Assembly: GCA_026023565.1 (NCBI GenBank)
Contig: JAPETS010000018.1
Coordinates: forward strand, 310,001 to 374,000
Source: Cirrosporium novae-zelandiae
Lineage: Eukaryota
DNA: 64,000 nucleotides
Direction: 5' to 3'
Within the stretch, counting starts at the first letter, position 1. Each line of letters begins with the position of its first letter. Positions 36,595 to 48,371 of this stretch are shown piece after piece. A program made the translations under genes and the position numbers. The notes below the pieces were generated by a model that was not told the DNA's origin, made no database searches, and worked only from the letters and a program-made list of their open reading frames with translations.

Positions 36595-38264
36595 CCAAGG
36601 GGTGTGGAAGGGACACCAAGCCACGCCAGATACGTAAAACGAGGGTCGAGCTCTGAATGGCGAGGAAGTCTGCTAGAAAAATGGTGGCATCCCTGAAATG
36701 GCCACACACACACACAATTTTTGAAAGATCGTGTGTAACAGAGGCGTGCCAGCCACGTCAATAAATGATAAGAAATTGATTGAGGATCTGACGGTACTTT
36801 TGTACTTTTGCACAGTACCTTACGGGAAGCCTTGTCCCATTAGAGTAAAAAGCTAGCACCCAACCCTTGAATTAAGCCAATCAACCATTGATAAATAGTA
36901 ATTGTGACATATGTACTAAGTATTATGTGGGGTAATTTCTTTAGATATGAGGGTCATTGAGCAAATAATAAGTATGGCGTATGGCTAGCCCCGAAGGGGG
37001 TACTCGAGTATTGTATTTAAGTGTACCCACCCCTCGGTTGATTGGAGATCCGGCTTCCATCCGGCTCCCTCCTCCCCTCCCATTTGCCAAGCCTCCATCA
37101 AGCAGATCCCCCAGATCCCGGCCTTATCACCACGTGCATACGTCCATTCCCCCTTATCTCTCCCCAACCCCCCATCCATCCCCAATCTATAACTTATCAA
37201 CTTTCATATAAATAAATAAAAAATAAATAAATAAACAAACCTCTATCCCATGACATCTAAAATCCAAACGTTCTTTCTTACTCTTACTGTGGTAGGTATA
37301 GTTTAGTATTTAGGTATGAAGGTATGAAGGGTATGAAGGTATGAAGAACGGCTGACTCGACTAACTGGAGAAGAAGGGAAGAGGCGGGGGGGAGAAGTGA
37401 AACCGTCAAAGAAATCGCATTTTTGGGCTGTTGACTGGATGCCGGTGAATTATGCCCTATTTGCGAATTTGACGCAAGAGGAGGCCCAGCTGTAGGAACC
37501 GGATCTGGGTTTGCTGTACTCGCTGGCAAAGAAGATGGAAGAGTTGATGCGGATGTATGGGGAGTTATCCCAGACGAAAGCAAGGGAGGCGATGCCTGCT
37601 GCCCTAGTGTGACCGATGAAGAGGATTGTTGCTAGGGAAAGATTCTCCTAAATTCGGCTCTTGGGCTGGATAAGAAGTTTTTAATTTTATCTCGTTTCCT
37701 GCCGCTAGACTTCTGTCCGGACATTTTGGGTTTTTGTGAGGAAATGAAAAGATGAGATGGGAACAGACTCACAGTTAGGCTGTCTATTCTTTTTCCATTC
37801 ATTTAACTCCGCAACAGCTTAGCACATGAGGCTGGACTGGCAGACTCGAATGGCTACCACTAATTGGTGCGTTAAAGTAAAAGGACCTGATTGGGATTCA
37901 CGTAGAACAGAAAAAATAGTTGGATATATATATGCATGAGGCTACCACACTCCATTGACCTGTTGAACCCCTGTTTCGATTGCAGATAAATAGCGCTTAT
38001 CATTTCAAGGGACTTGATTTTCACTGGAGCTTCATTCTGCTTCAAGACCTTCTTGATATGAGGAGATAAATGCATGCTGCTTCTTTTGAAACCAATATTG
38101 TTACCATAAGTTCTTAGGTTGTCAATAGTGGTTGGCAGTCAAGCAGCAACTAGGGGTCCGAAAATAAAACAGACGCACAACTTCGTTTCCTCACTAGAGT
38201 CTACTCTATGTATCATTATTTTTCTCCCTCAATGATATGGTGTATTATTATTATAATTCTATTT

Positions 38265-39330
38265 AAATTTGATGGCATCAAAACCGAGGGGGACATCGAT
38301 TAGGGTGCCGAGTTCATCGTGTCGCGAATAGCATTTGTCGATATTAACTGAGGAATCGTCGACCCGATGCCAGATGGCGAGAGAAAGGGGACGGCAAGAG
38401 AGGGGCTTAATGAAGAAGGGAAAGGATGGGTGGGTGAATTATTAGGTTTTGTGATAGCGAAGGGGGGATAAGGGTAGTATGAATGCTTATACCGCGGACA
38501 TCGTCTCCGAGGTGATGTTAATGGACATGCTCGACGAGGCGGGACAGGATTCTTCCAATGTCGAAGGGGGGTCATATATCATTCGGGGTGAACTCCCTAA
38601 TGTTATCCAAATGGGTGCGTGTTGCTGAGTTATGCACTACACCATGCTCAATATAATATGCAATACTAGGCTACTCACAATAACCTAGTCGTCTTTTGAT
38701 AACTCAACACGTTTGACCATATCAATTGATTCTTTATCTAGAGGGACGCGGCCATCGTTGATACCTGCAATGGGTCTCGTGATTGGGTCCTGAAGGTGAA
38801 GTGCTTCTGCTATGACCTCTGGCTCTTTTTGTGTGAGTGGTTCTACTACTACCTCGACTGCCTTCGCGTCTTTACTAAATGTAGGACCGGATTCTGCTTT
38901 TGAACTGGTTTTCCAATGGTCACTATTTCCACCTTCTTCTTACCCGAAAGTTGAGCATGACGGTTTAGAAGGCCGTGTTCTATCTTCTTAACCTCATCGA
39001 GCTTTTCATGTTTCTTGCCGCCTTTAAGGCTAACAAAATATTCTATCTCAGCTATGAGAAATTCTCGAACGCGAAGGACGCCGGAGCGAGGGGGGGGGGT
39101 TCGTTTCGAAAGGACTTGTTAATTGATGTCTAGGTAATGGACATTTGATTTTGGTTGAACTCTAGCTCACTGCCGTCAGGTTTGTCGACCTAGGCAGATA
39201 GAAGTCAGCGATACCATCATAGAGACTTGAGTCATAGATAATTAAAGTCAATACCTTCGCAAGTATCCCTTCGTACTGTTCGACGGCCTTGGCATCTTTG
39301 ATCTTCCTTTTGCACTTTCTACACCAGACC
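38265..39330 (-). pseudogene. GRS1: Decayed, internally deleted glycyl-tRNA synthetase copy
   Basis: Collinear GlyRS-like segments: KDAKAVEQYEGILAK; SFRNE..PRSGVLRVREFLIAEIEYF (class II motif 2); GPTFSKDAKAVE; NIREFTPNDI*PPFDIGRIL (motif 3); RVDDSSVNIDKCYSRHDELGT (anticodon-binding domain). Stops and frameshifts throughout. Confidence 0.88.
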
Positions 39331-39927
39331 CATCCAACAAATCCCAGCCCTCCAAATATTTATTAAAAAAAGCTCTTCTCGATTAAGTCATCGCAAAGCT
39401 ACTTCGAAGCATGATTGAAAGTAAAATAAAAGCAGCACCTACGGAGTAACATAGTCAAAATAAAATAATTCATTGAGGATGACTGATACTTGAAGGTTAT
39501 AAATTCGAAGGGGCTCATCACTAACTAAGCCAAGGCGCATTTGTGGGAATAGAGATGCTAGAGAACTTTTTTTTAGTAAGAAAGTATTAGAGGTGTTGGA
39601 TTCATTTCATTGGGGGAGAAGAAAGAAAGAAAGAGAGGGAGGGAGCCGCTCTATGTATGTATGTGATGTATATGATGTAGGTAAGTTAATATAGATTTTA
39701 GAGATGCTGCGTGCCGATACGATAAAAGCATAGCCCGCTAGATGTCTGTTGTGTGGTGGATTTGTAAACACAATCGAATATGTTGGTTAGTAGCTCAGTT
39801 TTCTAGGACTTTGATCGAAGGAATTTAAGTGTTCTAGGTAAATACTTTTAGGACATCCCTCATTTCCAAGTCCCTCCCCCGACTAGATGATCAATCGCTG
39901 GCCTAATATAACACCCCAGAAACCTCA

Positions 39928-41979
39928 TCACCCCGTACACCTCTCCCACGGCTCTCGATACCGCAACCCCAAGCCCTCAAAAACAATCTTCTCCGCATCC
40001 TCCCAACTCCCATCCACACCCTCCTTTCCCTCCAACTCTACCACCTTGCCCGTAACCCGATCCCGAATACCCGTGCTATCAAATTTCCACCCCTTAGTGT
40101 CCTTGGCATACCTTCTCAAATCCCTCTGGAATGTGGTTCCTGACGTCCATCCCAGGACCGCGCATCCGATGGTGCGCCATGGGGAAACGAGAATATCGAC
40201 GCGGCGATGGATATTTGGGTTTTTAGCCTTCGGGTCGGAGTTTTGTTTTGGGAAATGTGGGTTTTGCCATACGACGAGGGCTTTGTCGAGGGTGTCGAAG
40301 CCGGTGGCAGAGGTGTTCTGAGCGCGGTAGGGGTGGCTTTGCTGGTTGCGGGAGGAGTGAATGGTGAATATTTTTAGGGTGTGGGTTACCCAGCCTTCGT
40401 TCTCCAGAGAGCTGATGATTTTTGGGATTAGGTTAAGGGTGGCGTTTGGATTACGGTGGGAGAGAATTATGTCCACGTCCCCGGGTTCAACTTTGCCGCG
40501 ACGATATCCGCCGACGATGGCACATTCGATATCGGATTCACCGGTCACACGCTTGGCGTGTTTTGTGACGGTTGCGGCGATGGATTCAATCTCAGTACGT
40601 GGGATCTTGACTTGGAGTTCGTCGTAGTATTTCACGCCGATTTGCTGCGCTCTGGTTAGGGTGCTCCAACCAAATTCGACAATGTCGTCGAGATCCTTCC
40701 AGCCTTTCTTGTAATAAAAATCCCGGGCGGTTTCGGCTCCAACACCCCAGATCTCGTAAAAACGACGAAGGACTTTGAGGGCTTCGTCGTTTTCAATGTC
40801 CTCGACTTCTTGGATGTGTCCATCATTGTGCTTCCATTCCCGAAATAGTTGTGCTATCTTGACATCGCAGCCAGGCAAGGCAAGTATTTCACGTGGATTG
40901 GAAATGGAGTAAGGATACGCTAGTATAGATGCAATACTGGTGCTATATGCCCGAACGCCTACCTCATCACATCTAAGAATCCTGGCGAGCTTGATTTTCT
41001 GAAGTTGATTGATGAAATCTTCATTTGGTGAAAGAGAAGGTGTGGAGCGTTCACAGGCGTAGATTTTATTTTGCTTAACCCAATCTAGCATTTCCGGGAG
41101 TTCACCACTGATATCTTCATCATGTTGCGATGTGGTCTGATGCAATAGGCGTGTGGGTTTGGTTTTGCTATATCTCGGCCTAGCTTTTATATGCTTTTGT
41201 GTGATGGATGTAGGTATGTATTGATGGGTATTCCAAGTCTGCTCGAAACTGTTTGCATCCCCCTTGGCTCGATCCAATATGCTCTGCGGTTTACTTGATT
41301 GGGCAAATAGAGGCTTGTGCCTGAAATTTGGTTCTACGAGAGATTGGCTGGCTGGAGGTACAGAAGTACGAGTGTCATCAGGTCGAGGAATAGGATGACC
41401 TTCATAGACAATATACTCCTCCAGTGGTAGGATTTGGTTACTTTGTATCGAAGCATCTAGCCAAGCAAGCTTGATGATTTTGATATGCCCTTCAAATCTT
41501 TCCTCCGCAAATTCCGAAGTAACTGAAGGAGAGGATAGAATACCATGTGTCTGATTCCAAGGAGAATGCACACCGTTCCCTCCATCTCCAGATTCGGTAT
41601 TCGAGCTATCTTCTGTATTCAATTGTTTCCTTTCCTCTAGAATTCCCAAAGGCGGAGTAAACTTCCTTCGTTTTGAAGAAGGCTCTGGGTCTCTTGATAC
41701 CTCCTCAGTCCATACTTTCCCACGACGCAATTCGAATTCTGCTCGCTTCTTTTGTTGTATTTTTCCAATAACCAGCGTTGCTTCGCTAAGATCATATGTC
41801 AATGGGGCTCCTCGTGACTTCAACTTGACTTCTATCGTGCCCAATTCCTCAAGAGTCAGGTGTGTCGATAAGACAAAGGTAGGAGGTAGGATACTCAAAT
41901 CGGGAGTCGAGGCGCTGGCTCCAAGAGTGGAGCAATTTGTCGACGATAGACTTGATAGTTCCTTGGTAGCCGTAGTCAT
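39928..41979 (-). CDS. POL4: X-family DNA polymerase with BRCT domain (Pol4/Pol mu-like)
   Basis: BRCT-like N-terminus and HhH motifs LPGCDVKIA and IWGVGAETA. Catalytic VGGYRRGK..GDVDII and RRVDIL. The LGWT motif is typical of the Pol mu/TdT branch. Confidence 0.9.
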   Translation of the reverse strand: MTTATKELSSLSSTNCSTLGASASTPDLSILPPTFVLSTHLTLEELGTIEVKLKSRGAPLTYDLSEATLVIGKIQQKKRAEFELRRGKVWTEEVSRDPEPSSKRRKFTPPLGILEERKQLNTEDSSNTESGDGGNGVHSPWNQTHGILSSPSVTSEFAEERFEGHIKIIKLAWLDASIQSNQILPLEEYIVYEGHPIPRPDDTRTSVPPASQSLVEPNFRHKPLFAQSSKPQSILDRAKGDANSFEQTWNTHQYIPTSITQKHIKARPRYSKTKPTRLLHQTTSQHDEDISGELPEMLDWVKQNKIYACERSTPSLSPNEDFINQLQKIKLARILRCDEVGVRAYSTSIASILAYPYSISNPREILALPGCDVKIAQLFREWKHNDGHIQEVEDIENDEALKVLRRFYEIWGVGAETARDFYYKKGWKDLDDIVEFGWSTLTRAQQIGVKYYDELQVKIPRTEIESIAATVTKHAKRVTGESDIECAIVGGYRRGKVEPGDVDIILSHRNPNATLNLIPKIISSLENEGWVTHTLKIFTIHSSRNQQSHPYRAQNTSATGFDTLDKALVVWQNPHFPKQNSDPKAKNPNIHRRVDILVSPWRTIGCAVLGWTSGTTFQRDLRRYAKDTKGWKFDSTGIRDRVTGKVVELEGKEGVDGSWEDAEKIVFEGLGLRYREPWERCTG

Positions 41980-42756
41980 TATGGATGCACCAGCAAGTAA
42001 AATAATGTGAAGAGCAATTCAGCAAAATCATTGTATGCAAGAGGTCGTTTGCGAAAAGGATATTAGTTAATCAAGGTGGATGCAATTGAGCTATTCTTTC
42101 GATTGAAATTCGGCACATTTTTTGGTCTTGCATCGAAATAGCAACTATACCTTAGTATGCTACTGCAGTAGGCATGGGAATTTTTGAGAAGAAAACTAGG
42201 TGTTAGTCCTCGAGTCAAGATGCGTATGCAAAAGGCAAAAGGTTGTAGTGTAGTATCAAATAACGCGTTGGGGTTAGCTAAGCCCAGAATGTACCAATTT
42301 AGGCCTTAGGCATCAATTGCTTAGTTTAATGCGCCCGGAGTTCCCTCTACCGAAATTTCTTTCCATCTACTTCGTACTTTGTATCTTCTACCCAATTCCT
42401 ATCCTTTTCCCAGAGATAAACTTTCTGTCATTTTCTCTTTTGGAGAAAGGACTTAATATGCTTCTATAGAATTTTGTCACCACAAGAGCTGTGCTTACTT
42501 ACTAAAATCTTATCATATATGCAAGGAATGTTGATTGGTACCTGTTCAATATCATTGAGCATTCCTCATCAACGTGTTGGAACATTCCTGTCAGCTCAAT
42601 AGAATATATCGACTACTTTCTATTCAAGTATTCGAGCAGAGATGGAATGTACTTCGTTAATAAACTTGTTGTTACCCTCGTTCTCATGGTATGAGGTTCA
42701 CTTTGACTTGAATGAGTTGCTAGAGTATTTTCTAGCAGCAACTCCCTATTTCACAA

Positions 42757-44399
42757 ATGTGGTTTCCATTATATTTCCTTGTTACTACAATAATCATCGC
42801 GAGACCTACTCTTGCGTACTACTCTTTAGAGGACAATTACAGCGGTGGCCCCTCTTTCCTCGATTCCTTCGATTTCTTCATCGGTCAGGATCCGACAAAT
42901 GGTTTTGTGACTTATGTGGATAACGACACTGCTGTAGCAACCGGTCTCTTTGTTGACAATGGAAAATCGGTAAGATTAGCAGTGGACGCACTCAGTACGC
43001 TGGACCCAAATGGACCAGGCAGAAACAGTGTTCGTATAACAAGCAAGAAAATTTATAACCATGGCCTCTTTATTGCTGATATATCTCATATGCCTGGAGG
43101 AATCTGTGGCACATGGCCTGCGTTTTGGACATTGGGTACAAATTGGCCCGATGATGGTGAAATTGGTACGTCTTCAGATAATCTTCCAAACCTCAAGATA
43201 CTAACCAAATTTCAGATATCATCGAGGGGGTGAACAATGCCATGAATAATCTCATGGTTCTTCACACCTCGGATGGTTGCAGCATCCAAAGCGATATTCA
43301 AGACCAGCTTGGATCCGTCATAGGGGACGACTGCTATGCATTTTCGGATCAGAATACCGGTTGCAGAATCGCAGCCCCTGATCACTACCACACGTATGGG
43401 AAGAATTTCAATGCCATAGGAGGAGGCATTTATGCAATGGAATGGACTTCAGAGGCAATCAAAATCTGGTTCTTCCCGCGATATCAAATCCCAAGGAATA
43501 TCAACTCAGCTCCTGACCCAAGTTCTTGGGGTCCCCCTACTGCCAATTTCCAAGGCTGTGACATCGATTCACATTTCAGAGATCATTCAATTGTATTCGA
43601 CACCACCTTCTGTGGAGACTATGCCGGAGGTGTCTGGGAATCAAGTTCATGGTATAAGTTTATCCAAATTTGTGTGTCTAATCTCCAACTAACACAAAAG
43701 AGCAGTGCTCGTCTGCCATCTGGATCAACCTGCAACAATTACGTTGCCAATAACCCTGGAGCATTTGCACACGCTTACTGGCAAATAAATTCCCTTGCGG
43801 TTTACCAAAATGTAAGCGCCAATTCCACCACCATCACCACCACCACCTCCTCCTCATCACCTCAATCCCAGGCCACTATAACCCACACCGTTCCAGTAAT
43901 TCCAAAGCCCGAAAACTCTCATTCTAGACGCCCGACGATGACGGGTCTTCCAGGTGGCCATCATCATCATCCACCCCATCACCCTTTCCCTCTAGCCCCC
44001 GGTCCAGTTATCGTTTCTCCCTCCTCCGACATTCCGTTCCCTCCTCTAGGTCCTGGTCCTGTTATGATTCCTCCTTCCATGGGCGTGTTCCCCTTAGGTC
44101 CCGATCCAGCTATTTCTCATCATGGCAGTCCCATTCCTCCGTTTGTCCCAGACATAGGATTATTACCGCCAATACCATCAATACCATCAATACCACCAAT
44201 ACCACCAGAAGCCAGCCTCGGTCCTCTTTCATTTGATCCTTTCGACATTTCCCTTACTACTACTAACCCCCCTTCTTCAAGGGTTATTGCTCTGGATGAT
44301 CTAATAATGGAATCCCCGGCTCCGACTAACTTTCAAAATTGTTTGCCCCCGTACGTTAAAAGAATTGTCGTTACCACCACTGTGACATTGTCTTGCTAG
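42757..44399 (+). CDS. GH16 endo-1,3(4)-beta-glucanase with Pro-rich tail, 3 exons
   Basis: Signal peptide, DPTNGFVTYV, GRNSVRI and CGTWPAFW. Catalytic GEIDIIEG is formed across intron 43167-43215. Second intron 43652-43705. Confidence 0.93.
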
Positions 44400-44515
44400 G
44401 AATTTGGTATCAAATTTTTAAACCTGTCTGCCCCTCCCTCCGTACGTTGAAAGAATTTTCGTCACGACGACAACTGTGACATTGTCTTGTTAAGGAATTT
44501 GAATTTGGTATATCA
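44332..44515. repeat. Diverged tandem duplication (about 85-100 bp units) of the GH16 gene 3' end
   Basis: CCGTACGTTAAAAGAATTGTCG..ACTGTGACATTGTCTTG..GGAATTTG recurs as CCGTACGTTGAAAGAATTTTCG..ACTGTGACATTGTCTTG..GGAATTTG. Confidence 0.85.
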
Positions 44516-45580
44516 TTTGATTTGATTGATTTGCTTGGAAGCATTGACAAAAACTTGATTTTCTGGAAAAAGTAAAGTTTGTTGTTGCAATGTGATTTTG
44601 GAAAAGAAGTACAATTCAAAGGACTCTCTTGGGATTTTCTAGTATAGACATGAGTATTAGAAAACTAGGTAGTATTGCTTTATGAATCATGATATTAGTG
44701 GTAGCTAGCCTGCTTTCATTTTTGATAGGAACAAGAAAAGAAACACTACAGCTCCCACCTACCCCTGTTTTTCAGCCTGGTATGTTTTCTCTTTTTTCTT
44801 TTCTTTTTTTTCATAAAAGAAATTAGAAAAAAAAATTGCCATAGAGTTCACAGTTTGGGATTGGATTTGGAATATCTACAGTGACTTTGATATTAACCAA
44901 ATTATTATATAAGATATGCATGTAGTTCATGCCTCATTTCCACCACCTCTTGCGTAGCACATTGCTACGGCGTACCTAGGTAGCTAGGTTATATAGTTAT
45001 ATATCCTAACACTGTAGCAAATCTCCGACGTCCTTTTTTTGGTTTAATTAATTAATTAGGTAATTAAGAGTATTAGCTTAATTACCTTCTAACACACATA
45101 CATATACACAGGCTCTAGACTACATCATTATCATCACCATCAAAAAAATCACTCAACCTTAGTAATAGTAACCATATTATAAATTACGCACTAAACCCAT
45201 ACTCAATATAACAAACATATACAATACAATACTAAGTTACTCGGAATAATATCCCACTCACCTTTTTGACAACAACTTAACCATCAAACATCAAACATCA
45301 AACATCTTATAACTACCCCCCCATCCCCCCCCCCTCCTTCTTCATTCTACATAAAAGATCCCAAGAAAGAATATTAATGGAACGAGGGGGAGAGTGAGTG
45401 ATAAGGAAAAAAAAAAAAAAAAGCAAATCCACATACCACTCAAAAGTATTCTTTTATAAAAAACCCCTAATTTTGCTTTTCAGCTTTCTCAAAGATTCAT
45501 ATAGTCTAATAAAAGGAAAAAAAAAAAAAATCTTTAAGAAACTTTTGTTTCGTTTTTTAAACCGGCCATAGAGATATATG

Positions 45581-45611
<31 letters not shown>

Positions 45612-45904
45612 AATATTAATCTCAAGGTGTTTTGGTCTTACTTAGGATTATATGTATGTGCTGTAAGGTTAGGTCTCTCTATGATTATTTAACTTCTTTA
45701 AATGTCTGGATTTGGAAAATAGGAGAACCGGTGATTGGGGGGGGGGGGAGTGGAGTTGAAAATTGGATTTGGTATGGATGGATGGATGATTGTGATTTTT
45801 GGATATGGATATGGATGTGGATATGGATTATGTATTGCCTACTCCTATCTATGCTTCATGCTTCCCCCCCCCGTTCTCCCTCCTTCAAAAAAAAAAAGAG
45901 ACAT

Positions 45905-47552
45905 TTAAGCATCCTCAACCTTCCACCCCCCCGGCATCATCTTCGTATAAACCATGCCCGGATCATACTTATTTCTAATATCTTTCAAGCGCCTAAGATT
46001 TTCCGCCGGATAGCCCTGAAAAACAGGTTGAATCGCATCAGCATCATTCAAATACAGATACTTGGAACCCAAGTCGCGACTGTCGAGCCAGGTGGTAATA
46101 TTCGCATTGATGGAGGTAAGGAAATTGTTTATTTTGTCGTCGTCGGCGGCATCGGACCACATGTAGCTCTGCTCGACCCAGATGTAGGGCCCGCGGGACT
46201 CGGAGATGCCTTGCGGGTTTCCGCCGGCCGCGTTGCCGGCCGCGATGTATTGGTGCGTGATTGGCATGAAGGCGAGACCGGCAAAGAAGTTTGTCACGTT
46301 TGCGAGTTGCGTCTGTACGGTTGAGAAGTAGGTGTCGTGGATCATGGTGATGGCTTCCTTGGAGGCGCGGAGAGAGACGACGAAGAAGCGCTGGCGGAAG
46401 CCGTAGCCCTGGCCGCTGGCGAAGGGCGCATCGGTTTCTTGGGTGTAGTTGTACATAGAGCGGTGGGCGTAGGTGGTTTCTTGGGGTGTTAAAACCGGCG
46501 CGGTGAAGTTTTTTAGGACTGCTGGGGAGGAGTGGTTGCCGCTATAGAACATTGTTGCGTCGTAGGTTGGGGCGGTAAGGGAGCTTCCCCAGCGTGCGAC
46601 GGGCGTGACGGCGGCTTTGGGGTCGCTGGATCCGTATAGTGCGAAGTTGTATACACTGTCGATCCATTGGTCGGCTACTCCGGGGCCGTAAGATGCCTCG
46701 CCAACATAGACTGAGGGGACAACAAAGGTTTTTAGGTCGAATCGGGTGACGATGCAGAAAGAGTTTCCTCCGCCTTTCAGGGCCCAGAATAGGTCCGAGT
46801 ATTGATTTGTCGCTGTGGCTTCAACGATGGAACCGTTGGCTAGGACACACTGTTTTCGACTTTAGTCTCACGGGAATGAATCTGATGGTTGATGGTATTG
46901 GGCTTACCTCGAATGCGCGTATATTACCATTGGAGGATGCGAAGCCATGTTCGTAGCTGAAGAAGGAAATGCCACCGCCGAGCAGAAAACCTGGCACTCC
47001 CACAACACCCATACGGCCGCCTACAATGGTCAAACCGAATGGCTCCAGGTATTTGTACACAGCGCCCCATCTATTTCCTGGCGCGACAGAGACAGTTCCT
47101 TCGTCGTCTGAAAGCTTCAGGGACGTTAGTTTCGAGCTTGTGAGCAAGACGCCAGATGAGTTAATGTTAGCAGCATTGTCGATCGGCATGTGACCCCCTC
47201 CTCTGATTGCGAAAAGGGTATTCAAGCGTGTCAGAGTCGTGACGGCGCAAGACACTTCCTCAGCGCTCGATGGAGCAAAAATACAGGCGGGACTTAGCCA
47301 GGCGCTTGCGGACCAAGATTCTATAGCAGGATGTGATTAACTATGCGCACCATCTTTAGATTTGACGAGTCCCAACTCACCCTCATTCTCAGTATTGTAC
47401 TCTGTCGTGTTTGGAAAGTAGGTCTGATTCGGGTAACTGTGCCGAAAGAAATCACAAGCTTGAGCAGGAGATGCTGTTGTTTTGTTTAGGCCAAATGCAC
47501 CAACAGAGGTGGCAGCAATGCCAGTAATGGTAAGGAAAGGAGAATACCGCAT
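45905..47552 (-). CDS. Secreted FAD-linked oxidoreductase (BBE/VAO-type), 3 exons
   Basis: Signal peptide; FAIRGGGH (covalent-FAD His); VGVPGFLLGGG; DLFWALKGGG; C-terminal YLNDA...LKDIRNKYDP. Confidence 0.9.
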
Positions 47553-48371
47553 TTTACAATAAGATTGAGTGGAGATGAAGTGATTGTTCTGAAGCACTGT
47601 ACAGAAGAAAAATAACCAAGCAACTTGAGGATTCCATGCCTTTATATACCTTTTAGTTCATGATATGTTAATTCCAACGCTCCGGCTGCCAAGGGGGCTT
47701 AAAGTCTTGGATCCCCCATGTTGACATCGATATAATGAATTCAATGAGGTAGGCAGCAATATTTGTTGAAGTGGCAGTGGGAGAAGTGGTGGAAAACAAG
47801 TATAGAACAGCGGGAGAAGACTGACTAGAAGCCTAAGAGGAAAAAGGCCTGGAGAAATCCCAAGGAATAGGCTTAAGATTACGGTTAGTCGCCAATAGCA
47901 GATGGAAATTCAAATCATTAAAATTACGTGTTAGAGAATATAAAACAAAGCACCCTTTTTTTTTCGTGACAGTGTGCGTATTTATGGGGAAAACAGGTTT
48001 AAAGTTTCGAATTCGAATTCGTGTTCGGCCAGTTCGTGTTCGTGCCCGAGATTAGATTAGATTCGAGTAGATTAGATTAGATTATATCATTAATAGTACT
48101 CCATATTAACTGTGACTAGGTATAACCATGCATTTAGATGTTTCTTTCTCGCCTTTCTACGGTAAGGGAATCTCTGGACGTTGGAAGCTAAATGCGCGAG
48201 TTCCGATCAAATGCCGTTTTGTTCGACTTCTTTTTTTTGGCTGAGGTAGGATTGATAATATGGAGCTTTTATTTTATTCGTCTTCCCATCCATTTCTATC
48301 CGTCTGCCTCTCGGAGCGAGTCTAGATTCTAGGGCAGAGCTTGCGGTGAATAGGCAGACACATGGATAAAT

